Source of the DNA: Eubacteriales bacterium
Lineage (GTDB): Bacteria > Bacillota > Clostridia > Saccharofermentanales > DTU023
Assembly: GCA_030537595.1 (NCBI GenBank)
Contig: JAUNVR010000007.1
Span: 1,009-65,008, forward strand
Direction: 5' to 3'
Length of the DNA: 64,000 bases
The translations under genes and the position numbers were made by a program. Below, piece after piece: positions 47,282 to 56,087 of this stretch. The notes beneath the pieces were generated by a model. The model was not told where the DNA came from. It did not search any database and worked only from the letters and a program-made list of their open reading frames with translations. Position 1 is the stretch's first letter; every line of letters starts with the position of its first letter.

Positions 47282-47650
47282 TTAGTCTTGCTCTCGCGGT
47301 CTCGCCTTAACATTTAAGCGAGTAGTGACAGCCTCACTAAAGGGTGTGCTATATGTATAGCGCAATTTTAAATCTAAACCGTCTGCCCCGGCATTCTGTT
47401 CTAAGCCCGTAGTTAAGAGCTGTAGGCCTACGTCCGTGAACAAACCGGGAATTCTAGTGAGGCTGCCCTCGCCTTTTCTAAAAATTGTAAATTCTTTGTA
47501 GCCAGAGCGTTCGAGATAAACACCATCCTGTTGAAAGGTTTTAAGTAATAGCTCGCCATCGCCGTTCATGGCATTAATGCAGCGCAGCTCAAAACCCTCA
47601 TCCGGCGAAAACTTATACTTACCGGTAGTTGAGAGTTTAAAGGGCGTCAA
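47282..47650 (-). CDS. Small conserved-looking protein of unknown function (possibly DUF1934/YwiB-like beta-barrel); true start uncertain
   Basis: The track ORF starts at TTG 47650. The open frame continues upstream to TAG 47731..47729 with no ATG, GTG or TTG. A perfect AGGAGG lies 8 nt before ATT 47716. The family guess comes only from an alternating beta-strand-like pattern. Confidence 0.5.
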   Translation of the reverse strand: MTPFKLSTTGKYKFSPDEGFELRCINAMNGDGELLLKTFQQDGVYLERSGYKEFTIFRKGEGSLTRIPGLFTDVGLQLLTTGLEQNAGADGLDLKLRYTYSTPFSEAVTTRLNVKARPREQD

Positions 47651-47744
47651 TTTACGCCCGCCGGACCACGAATGCGAGGTGATCTCGACTAATACTTCTT
47701 TGCTTTCCTGATTAATGGTGCTTACCTCCTAAGTTTTACTACTT

Positions 47745-48962
47745 CTATTTTACCACCTTGCCTGAGCTGCGCGCCAGCTCGGCAGTGTCACGGGCGATGG
47801 CTAACTCTTCGTTGGTCGGAATGACCAAGACTTTAACCTTGGATTCAGGAGATGAAATAACTGCCTCCTTGCCACGTAAACCATCATTGAGTGACTTATC
47901 GATAATGACTCCCAGACGCTGCAAGCCCTTACAAATGTTCTCTCTGGTTTCAGAATCGTTTTCACCGACACCGGCGGTAAAGACAATTGCGTGGACACTG
48001 CCCATCACTGCTGTGTAGGCACCAATATAGCGTTTTACGCTGTATGCAAACATATCTAAGGCCAATTGAGCCTGTTGATTACCTTCGTTAGCAGCTTCTG
48101 CCAGATCTCGGAAATCAGAGCTGACGCCAGAAATTCCGAGCATGCCAGATTCCTTGTTCAGAAGATTGTTGATTTCCTCAACACTTAGCTTCTCATCTTC
48201 CATTAACATGCTTACGATAGCCGGATCAATATCGCCTGAGCGTGTACCCATCGGTACGCCTGCCAGAGGGGTGAGACCCATCGAAGTATCAATCGACTTG
48301 CCGCCTTTTACTGCTGTGATCGAAGAACCATTGCCGAGGTGACAAGTAATGATATTGGTCTGGCTGAGAGGGCGCTCGAGCAGCTCTGCAGCACGCTCAG
48401 CGACAAACTTATGCGAGGTTCCATGGAAGCCATAACGCCGAATTGCATATTTTTTGTAATACTCGTATGGGATTGCGTACATATATGCTTCTTCTGGCAT
48501 CGTCTGATGGAAGGCCGTATCAAAGACCGCAACCTGAGGAACTTCTGGTAAAGCTTCTTCTAAAGCTAAGATACCCGTCATATTTGCGGGGTTATGCAGC
48601 ATAGCTAGGGGGTAGCAATCCTTAATTGCCTCTTTTACTGAATCGGAAATCAGGGCAGATTGAGCAAAGCGCTCTCCACCGTGAACGACCCGGTGGCCTA
48701 CCGCTTCAATTTCATCGAGGCTCTTAATCACGCCGTGATTAGCATCGGTCAAGCAGTCCAAGACATGACGAACGGCGGCCTTATGATCTGGCATTTCCAC
48801 TACTGCGGAATAAGCTTCCTTAGCGGCTGGCTGGTGCTTAATTCTAGGCTCTGCAATCCCAATCCGCTCACATAAACCCTTGGCTAAAACCTCTTCGTTG
48901 TCGGTGTCTAAAAGCTGATACTTCAGCGATGATGAACCGGCGTTAATTACTAGTACTAACAT
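47745..48962 (-). CDS. ackA: Acetate kinase
   Basis: VLVINAGSSSLKYQL, GHRVVHGG and RYGFHGTSH. The start is placed at ATG 48962, preceded by GGAGA plus 6 nt. The track TTG start is at 48989. Confidence 0.9.
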   Translation of the reverse strand: MLVLVINAGSSSLKYQLLDTDNEEVLAKGLCERIGIAEPRIKHQPAAKEAYSAVVEMPDHKAAVRHVLDCLTDANHGVIKSLDEIEAVGHRVVHGGERFAQSALISDSVKEAIKDCYPLAMLHNPANMTGILALEEALPEVPQVAVFDTAFHQTMPEEAYMYAIPYEYYKKYAIRRYGFHGTSHKFVAERAAELLERPLSQTNIITCHLGNGSSITAVKGGKSIDTSMGLTPLAGVPMGTRSGDIDPAIVSMLMEDEKLSVEEINNLLNKESGMLGISGVSSDFRDLAEAANEGNQQAQLALDMFAYSVKRYIGAYTAVMGSVHAIVFTAGVGENDSETRENICKGLQRLGVIIDKSLNDGLRGKEAVISSPESKVKVLVIPTNEELAIARDTAELARSSGKVVK

Positions 48963-49020
48963 AAATTTTCTCCATTTCTTTATAGTCAAATCAGCTTCTT
49001 ATCTAAGCCTCATAAACTCC

Positions 49021-50016
49021 TTATTCAGCAGCCAAAGCCTGGACTGCAGTAATTGCCATAACTCCGTAAATATCGTCAGCAGAGCAACCTCTTGATAAAT
49101 CATTAACCGGCTTACGAATACCCTGCAATAAAGGACCGTAAGCTTCCGCCTTGGCTAGATACTGAGTCAGCTTATAAGCGATATTACCAGTATCTAAGTT
49201 GGGGAAGATTAAAACGTTAGCATCGCCTTGGACTTTTGAATTCGGAGCTTTCTTTTTGGCTACAGCTGGAACTAGCGCCGAATCAATCTGCAATTCACCA
49301 TCGAGCTTCAGCTCGGGTGCTTTTTTCTGGGCTAAGGCAGTTGCCTCGATAACCTTCTCTGTCAGATGGCTCTTCGCAGAACCATGGCTAGAGTATGAGC
49401 ACATTGCAATTACCGGCTCTTCTCCGACTAAAAGGCGGAAGGATTCAGCCGAAGATAGGGCGATTTCCGATAAGGCTTCCGCATCAGGATCCTCATTTAG
49501 TCCTGAGTCAGCAAAGAGTAAGGTGCCATTCGCACCATGCTCACAATTCGGTACCACCATCATGAAAAAGGCCGAAACCAACTTTGTTCCTGCTTTTGTT
49601 TTGAGAATTTGTAGTGCTGGTCTTAGGGTATCCGCAGTGGAGTTAACAGCACCAGCAACTAAGCCATCAGCCTTACCCACTTCGAGGAGAATCATCCCGA
49701 AGCTAGTGTAATCTTTCAATGCTTCTGCTGCTGCCTCCGGGGTCATCCCCTTATGCTTACGCAGCTCAACTAAGCGCTCAACATAGCGCGGAAAATCAGG
49801 ATCCGTTTCCGGATCAGCAAATTGAATGCCTGTAAAATCCAAGTCAGTGGCTGATTGCTTAATCTTTTCTTCAGCCCCGATTAATAAGACTTGAACCACC
49901 CCATCTTTTTGGGCACGACAAGCTGCTTCAAGTACTCTTCGGTCCCCAGTTTCGGGGAGAATTATGCACTTTTTATCTTCTTTAGCGCGCTTTACCATTT
50001 CACCAATAAAAGTCAT
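49021..50016 (-). CDS. pta: Phosphate acetyltransferase
   Basis: 331-aa short Pta form with GLVAGAVNSTADTLRPALQI and VNDLSRGCSADDI. It is adjacent to ackA. Confidence 0.9.
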   Translation of the reverse strand: MTFIGEMVKRAKEDKKCIILPETGDRRVLEAACRAQKDGVVQVLLIGAEEKIKQSATDLDFTGIQFADPETDPDFPRYVERLVELRKHKGMTPEAAAEALKDYTSFGMILLEVGKADGLVAGAVNSTADTLRPALQILKTKAGTKLVSAFFMMVVPNCEHGANGTLLFADSGLNEDPDAEALSEIALSSAESFRLLVGEEPVIAMCSYSSHGSAKSHLTEKVIEATALAQKKAPELKLDGELQIDSALVPAVAKKKAPNSKVQGDANVLIFPNLDTGNIAYKLTQYLAKAEAYGPLLQGIRKPVNDLSRGCSADDIYGVMAITAVQALAAE

Positions 50017-50053
50017 CTTGCAGATCTCCTATTTCAGCTTATTTATCTGATTT

Positions 50054-50082
50054 AGTATAGTTTACAGAGCCTAAACTTTCAA
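50054..50082 (-). promoter_or_regulatory. Sigma-A-type promoter for pta-ackA
   Basis: Read on the minus strand: TTGAAA (50082-50077), a 17-nt spacer, then TATACT (50059-50054). Confidence 0.6.
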
Positions 50083-50157
50083 ACTCTAAGTGCTCAGTAA
50101 GTGGCTAAAAACTTCAATTAGCAGGCTTTACACCCTGCAGCTTCAGACTAATTCAGC

Positions 50158-51480
50158 TTAATAGCCTGCGATTAAGGCTGTCAGGGCGGTTTCTAAGTCA
50201 AAATACTTATCACTTGGATCAGTCCATAGTTTTCCAGATCTCGGATTTGCTTTTTGCCCTCGAGTATAAAAGTATAATCTTTCAGCAATTTCTTCATGGA
50301 GCTTAGTTTGACCTCGGCTTAAAGCTATTTCCCCCAGCCTTGCTAGGGCCTGGTAATCAAATTCGGAACTCATTGCAGCAGCAGTCACCTGATGATATCG
50401 GCTTGCGATAAATGCATTTTGGTAAAATCTAAGATTCCATTCATTAATATCCTTAAGTGCAGCATCGTCCCCCATTGCAAATAAATTCTGCAGAATTTTG
50501 AGGCTTTGGCCTGCTTCTACGATGAAATTTTCCTCTGAACTAACATAGCTGCCACTCTGAGGCTCATAATAGGCTGCATAAAAACCTGAGCCGCGCCCTG
50601 AAGCTAAGAGTATAGCAGTATATTTATCCGCTATTTCCGCTTCAATGAAGCCCCAGTCAGCCATCGTCCTGATCACATATAGGTCAATCTCTGCCAGTGG
50701 CAAAACAGCGAGCTCAGTAGGATTATTTTCCGCCACTTCCTCGTGGGCACCGACTAGCGGATAACTGATATCATCTGCTAGGATTAGCTCTGTCACTTCA
50801 AAGCTTTCCACAGCAGGGGCTATGCTCTCTGCTTCACGCTTAATTAAACGCTCCAGCTTACGGCTAGGCCAGCGCTTATAGCCGTCCAATAAAGAGCGCA
50901 GATATTGCAGTCTCGAAGTCCAGGCTAAAGCCTCTTCTGATGCCAAATCTGCGCCAGCTTCAGGCAGGCTCTTTAAGACACGATTAGGCTCACCCCGCTG
51001 CGTGATAACAAAGGCTTTTTGAAATGCTTTAACTTGCTTAAAATATGCTGACTTTTCTCCCCGTCTTGCCAGATAGGATAAATACAAGACCTGATCATGA
51101 GCTAAAACTTCAGGCATGATGAACTTTTCAGGCCAATTCTGTTTCAGCTCTTCAAGTTCTCTGATCTCCCTATACTTACTCTCACTTGCGACATCTTGCC
51201 AGTCGGCTGCAGGCCAACTATGGAGGAGTACCGGAGTCTTACCAAAGCCGGTCTTTGCATCTTTTAAAAAGTAATTCTCAAGAGCTTTAAAAATCGGAGA
51301 TTCCTTCTTCGCCCACTTCTCATATCCTTGTGGACTAAGATCTACCGTCCTTAGCTCAGGCAGCTCTCGAGCACGGTAAGCGAAATTATAAATTGCTAGA
51401 AAAATAAGCAGGCTCAAAAGCAGGAGCCCCAAAGCTCCAATTAAATACTTGTATAATCTCTTGGAATTTCTTTCTACCAT
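50158..51480 (-). CDS. N-terminally anchored extracytoplasmic protein of unknown function
   Basis: 440 aa with a single N-terminal TM helix (LIGALGLLLLSLLIFLAIY). The rest is largely helical-looking. I recognised no motif. Confidence 0.55.
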   Translation of the reverse strand: MVERNSKRLYKYLIGALGLLLLSLLIFLAIYNFAYRARELPELRTVDLSPQGYEKWAKKESPIFKALENYFLKDAKTGFGKTPVLLHSWPAADWQDVASESKYREIRELEELKQNWPEKFIMPEVLAHDQVLYLSYLARRGEKSAYFKQVKAFQKAFVITQRGEPNRVLKSLPEAGADLASEEALAWTSRLQYLRSLLDGYKRWPSRKLERLIKREAESIAPAVESFEVTELILADDISYPLVGAHEEVAENNPTELAVLPLAEIDLYVIRTMADWGFIEAEIADKYTAILLASGRGSGFYAAYYEPQSGSYVSSEENFIVEAGQSLKILQNLFAMGDDAALKDINEWNLRFYQNAFIASRYHQVTAAAMSSEFDYQALARLGEIALSRGQTKLHEEIAERLYFYTRGQKANPRSGKLWTDPSDKYFDLETALTALIAGY

Positions 51481-51503
51481 CTTCCTAATGATATACTAGC
51501 TTC

Positions 51504-53006
51504 ATGAAAAATCTAGCCTCTAGTTTAGAAAATAAAAATGCAGATAAAAAATCAAGCCGCCCACGCAAGGCGCTTGCTCTGATTGCGGAATATAATCCAT
51601 TTCACAATGGCCATTTAGCCCAGTTAGCAGAATTGAAACAGCGCTTTGGAGATACTCATTTGATTATTGTGATTCTCTCTTCCTACTTTTGCCAGCGCGG
51701 TATCCCGGCTGTTTTAGCTCCACGTGAGCGCGCAGAAATCGCCGTCTACTACGGAGCAGACTTAGTGATTAAACTGCCGAGCATCTTCTCCACGAGCACT
51801 GCCGAGCGCTTTGCAGCTGCTGCAGTTGAGCTAATCTCTGCACTGCCCCAGATTGACAGCTTAGCCTTTGGCCTTGAAGATCCCGAGAGCCTCGACGCTC
51901 TGATCTTGGCTGCAACTGTAGAACATGCTGCAGAATTAGGGATTGAGGCTAGTTTTGCTGCTGCCGCAGAACTAATGGGAGCTGAAAAATCAGAGCTTAT
52001 AGCAGCTTATGAAACGCCGGCCAAAGCCTATCCGCAAAAGCTTAAGAGCTACCTAAAATCAGCTAAAAGCTACCCTGAGGCTAGGGTTTTGGCCTTGCAT
52101 GAATTATTAAAAGATTTTAATTTGGCTGAAAAATTAAAAGAACCCAACCAGATCCTAGCCACAGAATATATCGCTAAAATTTTAAGCCTAAAAGTGAATG
52201 GAGGAACTGCTGTGCGCTCTTCTATTCAGCGGCTGGTAGCCAGCACGCGAGTCGGTCACTCAGAACACAGCAGTCTCGCCAGCAGAGGCGAATTATTGTC
52301 TAGTGTAGAGCAAGCTAGGAGCAGCGTAGAGCCTGAAGCAGAGACTGTCTGGTCGGCCCAAGCTATCCGCGAGCTCTTAGCTCTGGCTCGAAGCTCAGAA
52401 TTAGCTCAGGTCAAGGCCTTAGAAGGACTCCTTTACCAGCTTCCAGAAAAGTCTCTGGCAGCGCTTTTAGCTAATCCAAACTGGCCACTGATCGATGATT
52501 TGGGCGAGCAGTATCTCTGGCTTTTGACTAGAAGCAGTAAGCAAAGCCTAAAGGAAATTAGAGACTGGCAGGGCGGTTTGGCAGAACGAGCTCTAAATTT
52601 ACTTAAGAGCCCCGATTTAAATAACAACGCTAGAGAAACAGCAGTCCTGCTTGCGGCTTTAACTGAGAGGGCCTTTCCCCTGACCCGGGTCCAGCGTGCC
52701 TTGCTCTCGCTTTACTTAAATATCCAAGAGGCAGAATTTGATACTCTAGCTAAATCTCCAGCATTTCTCGAGCTCTTGGCCTTCAATAAGCAGGGCAAGG
52801 ATTATTTGCGCCGCAGCCGCAAACAATTCGGCCTCCCTTTAGTTAGTAGATTTTCTGAACTAAATAGGCACTCTAATCCAGCCCTGGATTACCAGGCCGC
52901 AATTGAGCGGCGTGCAGCCTGTCTCTACTTCAAGGATCATGAAAAAGGGCATGCCGATTTACTCGAGCACGCCCTCTATCTTTCACCAAGTCAGCTTAAA
53001 GCTTAA
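51504..53006 (+). CDS. tmcAL: tRNA(Met) cytidine acetate ligase TmcAL (YlbM/DUF795-type nucleotidyltransferase), long form
   Basis: ALIAEYNPFHNGHLAQL (HxGH) and the overall YlbM-like pattern. It is 500 aa, versus ~400-415 as I recall for B. subtilis YlbM. Confidence 0.7.
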   Translation: MKNLASSLENKNADKKSSRPRKALALIAEYNPFHNGHLAQLAELKQRFGDTHLIIVILSSYFCQRGIPAVLAPRERAEIAVYYGADLVIKLPSIFSTSTAERFAAAAVELISALPQIDSLAFGLEDPESLDALILAATVEHAAELGIEASFAAAAELMGAEKSELIAAYETPAKAYPQKLKSYLKSAKSYPEARVLALHELLKDFNLAEKLKEPNQILATEYIAKILSLKVNGGTAVRSSIQRLVASTRVGHSEHSSLASRGELLSSVEQARSSVEPEAETVWSAQAIRELLALARSSELAQVKALEGLLYQLPEKSLAALLANPNWPLIDDLGEQYLWLLTRSSKQSLKEIRDWQGGLAERALNLLKSPDLNNNARETAVLLAALTERAFPLTRVQRALLSLYLNIQEAEFDTLAKSPAFLELLAFNKQGKDYLRRSRKQFGLPLVSRFSELNRHSNPALDYQAAIERRAACLYFKDHEKGHADLLEHALYLSPSQLKA

Positions 53007-54262
53007 GCTTTAACTAGTTTTAAATGATGTTTTTTGCCGCGGCGAATAATCACTTCTCCGGCAGCATCAAAAGCTAATTCAGAGATTTTTAGATTAAAGT
53101 CCTTAACCTGCTGGTCATTGACATAAAGGCCGCCCTGCTTCATCAAGCGCCGACCTTCACTCTTGGAAGGGATAAAGTCAATTTCAGCTAATAAATCTAA
53201 TAGCGTCAAATCTAAGTCTTCTGCGCTCAAGCTATGGGCGTCCATATTTTCCGCCTTGCCACTGCCGTGGAATAATGACTCAGCTTGTTTGCGTGCTGCT
53301 TCAGCGGCTTCTCTGCCATGAATTAGGCTTGTCGTCTCTAAGGCTAGGCGAATCTTCGCTTGATTCAAGTCCTGCCCACTGAGTTTTTCGTACTTGGCAA
53401 TTTCGCTCAACGGCAAGAGGGTGAGGAATTTAAGATAATTAATAACCGAGGCATCCTCAACATTACGCAGATATTGGTAGAGCTCAAAAGCTGAGGTCTT
53501 TTCGGCGTCGAGCCAAATTGCTCCATCTGCAGTCTTGCCCATCTTTTTGCCGTCTGAAGTTGTCAAAAGGGCAAAGGTTTGGACATAGACCTGCTCACCT
53601 TCTAGCCTTCTGATTAACTCACTTCCGGCTAAAATATTTGACCACTGATCATCGCCACCGAGTTGCAAGCGACAATTATGTTCTCTAAACAAGGTTAGAT
53701 AATCATAGGCCTGCATGGTCAAATAGTTGAATTCTAAGAATGTCAGGCCTTGCTCTAAACGTGATTTATAGCACTCTGCGCTGAGCATCCGATTCACTGA
53801 AAAGTGCTGTCCAACTTCACGCAAATAATCGAGGTATTTCAGTTCTTTCAACCAGTCGGCATTATTCAGTAAGAGGAAGCGCTCGGGATCCAAATCGAAG
53901 AAGCGAGAGAACTGCTCCGCAAAAGCTTCGAGGTTCTTTTCAATTTCAGCTAGAGTTAAAACTTTACGTAAGTCACTACGCCCCGATGGATCACCAATCA
54001 TCCCGGTGCCACCACCGGCTACGAAAATCGCCTTGTGCCCATATTTTTGGAGCCACATGCTGATAATAATCTGAATAAAGTGTCCAATATGCAAAGAGTC
54101 TGCAGTAGGATCAAAGCCAATATAGAAAACAGCACCCGGCTTCGCTAGATACTCCCTGATCTCCTCCGGATAGTTGGCCTGAGCTAAAAAACCTCTAGCT
54201 TCTAGTAAGTCATAAACGTTTTCAAACTCTCTGTTTTCAATTGTAGCTTGCTGATCAACCAT
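53003..54262 (-). CDS. tyrS: Tyrosine--tRNA ligase
   Basis: YIGFDPTADSLHIGH (HIGH), KKMGKT (KMSKS) and a C-terminal S4-like domain. Confidence 0.9.
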   Translation of the reverse strand: MVDQQATIENREFENVYDLLEARGFLAQANYPEEIREYLAKPGAVFYIGFDPTADSLHIGHFIQIIISMWLQKYGHKAIFVAGGGTGMIGDPSGRSDLRKVLTLAEIEKNLEAFAEQFSRFFDLDPERFLLLNNADWLKELKYLDYLREVGQHFSVNRMLSAECYKSRLEQGLTFLEFNYLTMQAYDYLTLFREHNCRLQLGGDDQWSNILAGSELIRRLEGEQVYVQTFALLTTSDGKKMGKTADGAIWLDAEKTSAFELYQYLRNVEDASVINYLKFLTLLPLSEIAKYEKLSGQDLNQAKIRLALETTSLIHGREAAEAARKQAESLFHGSGKAENMDAHSLSAEDLDLTLLDLLAEIDFIPSKSEGRRLMKQGGLYVNDQQVKDFNLKISELAFDAAGEVIIRRGKKHHLKLVKA

Positions 54263-54293
54263 ATAATCTGCTCCTTTTTCCTATTCTGTTTTG

Positions 54294-54977
54294 CTATACA
54301 TTCTCTGCCATAGCGCGCAGCTCGCGAATTCTCAAAGCCGGATCTGGGGCCCCAAAGACTGCACTTCCTGCAACAAATAAATCCGCCCCAGCAGCTGAAA
54401 TCTCAGCGATGTTCTCAAGTTTAACTCCCCCATCGACCTCAAGTAAAATATCATAGCCTGAAGCGTCAATAATCTGCCTTAAGCGCCGTACTTTATCAGT
54501 CACTGATGGGATGTAGCTTTGGCCACCAAAGCCCGGGTTCACAGACATCAGAAGAACCAAATCTAGATAAGGCAAGTATTCTTCTAAAAGATTAAGCGGA
54601 GTAAGTGGATTGAGGACCAGCCCACATTCCATGCCTGCATCCTTAATCTCCTGCAAAACACGATGCCCGTGGGTTAGGGTCTCAATGTGAACACTTAATA
54701 AGTTGGCACCCGCGGCCTGAAAATCCTTAATTAAAGAACTCGGATTAGTGACCATCAGGTGGCAGTCGATAGCTTTATCTGTCAGTTTGCGAACCGCCTT
54801 ACAGAGCATTGGGCCAAATGAGAGGTTGGGCACAAAATGTCCATCCATCACATCGAAATGTAGAAAATCCATCTCTGCTTCAATCCTACCAACGCTTGTC
54901 CTAAGATCAGTAAAATCCGCTGATAGTAAGGAAGGTCCAATTGCTTTTTTGCCTTTAAATTGCAGCATTGATTGCAT
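54294..54977 (-). CDS. rpe: Ribulose-phosphate 3-epimerase
   Basis: IGPSLLSADF, LHFDVMDGHFVPN, MSVNPGFGGQ and VDGG. Confidence 0.9.
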   Translation of the reverse strand: MQSMLQFKGKKAIGPSLLSADFTDLRTSVGRIEAEMDFLHFDVMDGHFVPNLSFGPMLCKAVRKLTDKAIDCHLMVTNPSSLIKDFQAAGANLLSVHIETLTHGHRVLQEIKDAGMECGLVLNPLTPLNLLEEYLPYLDLVLLMSVNPGFGGQSYIPSVTDKVRRLRQIIDASGYDILLEVDGGVKLENIAEISAAGADLFVAGSAVFGAPDPALRIRELRAMAENV

Positions 54978-55058
54978 TTTATGCCCCCTTCATCATTCTA
55001 AACTTTGCACGCTCTATACTACCATAAAGCCAGGCAAAGCAGAATGATCGAACTCAGG

Positions 55059-56087
55059 CTAATATCGCTTTGACGCTGCGATGAAATCTTTTAAAAGCTC
55101 TTTATAACGCTCATAGCGAGCTGGATAAATCCAGCTTTCGAGTACATTCTCTTCAAGTCCGCGTAGAAATCCACCGCTCTTGATTTTGCTCTCTTTTTCT
55201 CTAATCGCTAATCTCATCTCTGCAATTCTCTCAGCCCCGATAATCTCAGGGCTTACCGCACAGCCTGCCTCACCCAAATGTCGACAATCGTTAAAGCGAC
55301 AATAATCCGCATATTGATAGATCTCTGGCCAGGCCAAGGCAAAACTTTCCAAAGTTAAATCCATTTGTTCAATGGCTAGACTCTGGAAACCTGGTGTATC
55401 TGCCAGATAGAAATCCCCATAGTTAAAAAGTTCAGTATGCCGAGTAGTCTGCTTGCCTCTTTGAATCTTCTCTGATAACTCGCCCTGAGCCATTAAGTCT
55501 TCTCCAAACTGGCGATTTAGAAAACTCGACTTCCCTGCCCCGCTCTGACCAGCAAAGGCAACTGTAGAATTTTTAAAGGCAGCGAAAAAATCACGGTCAG
55601 GACTTAAACCGGCCTGGGTGAGGTAAATTGGCACAGCTGTTGGATAATAATTTAAAAGTAATTCCTCTAATCCAGCCCCGGAGTCGAGATCACCTTTGGT
55701 CAAGAGCAAGACTGGCTTAATGCGATTCTCCAGCGCTAAAAGGAGCAATTTATCGATTAAAAGGTAATCCGGAATCGGATTTGTTCTGGCTACTGTAATC
55801 AGTAAATAATCTAAATTTGCAATCGCCGGGCGAACTAGATAGTTCTTTCTTGGCAGTACTTTCTCAATGATATAGGGCGAATCCGGGTCTCCTGAAGCTG
55901 AGTACTCTACACGATCTCCGGGCATTGGTGCATGTCTGCGCTGGCGCAGAATACCCCTGGCAAAGGCCAATTCTCGCGCCCCACTTTGCCTATCTTCCAG
56001 GAGGAAGGAGCCCGCTACGGCTTTTAAAATTACAGCCTCCGAGCGTGAAATCTTAGCTCCTTTTAAATCCTTAGCTGGCTTAGTCAA
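55059..56087 (-). CDS. rsgA: Ribosome small-subunit-dependent GTPase RsgA (CpgA)
   Basis: Circularly permuted GTPase with LTKGDL before GQSGAGKSS, and the zinc motif CRFNDCRHLGEAGC. Confidence 0.9.
   Translation of the reverse strand: MTKPAKDLKGAKISRSEAVILKAVAGSFLLEDRQSGARELAFARGILRQRRHAPMPGDRVEYSASGDPDSPYIIEKVLPRKNYLVRPAIANLDYLLITVARTNPIPDYLLIDKLLLLALENRIKPVLLLTKGDLDSGAGLEELLLNYYPTAVPIYLTQAGLSPDRDFFAAFKNSTVAFAGQSGAGKSSFLNRQFGEDLMAQGELSEKIQRGKQTTRHTELFNYGDFYLADTPGFQSLAIEQMDLTLESFALAWPEIYQYADYCRFNDCRHLGEAGCAVSPEIIGAERIAEMRLAIREKESKIKSGGFLRGLEENVLESWIYPARYERYKELLKDFIAASKRY

Noticed and set aside
47282-47650. Small gene upstream of rpmF as DUF177/YceD (the usual rpmF neighbour)
   Set aside because: It lacks the Cys-containing motif and the acidic C-terminal tail typical of YceD/YlbN. 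Its sequence pattern does not fit.
49199-49711. 170-aa plus-strand ORF antisense to pta
   Set aside because: It has no SD sequence, its composition is Ser/Ala/Pro-rich and biased, and it is fully nested in a highly conserved gene on the other strand.
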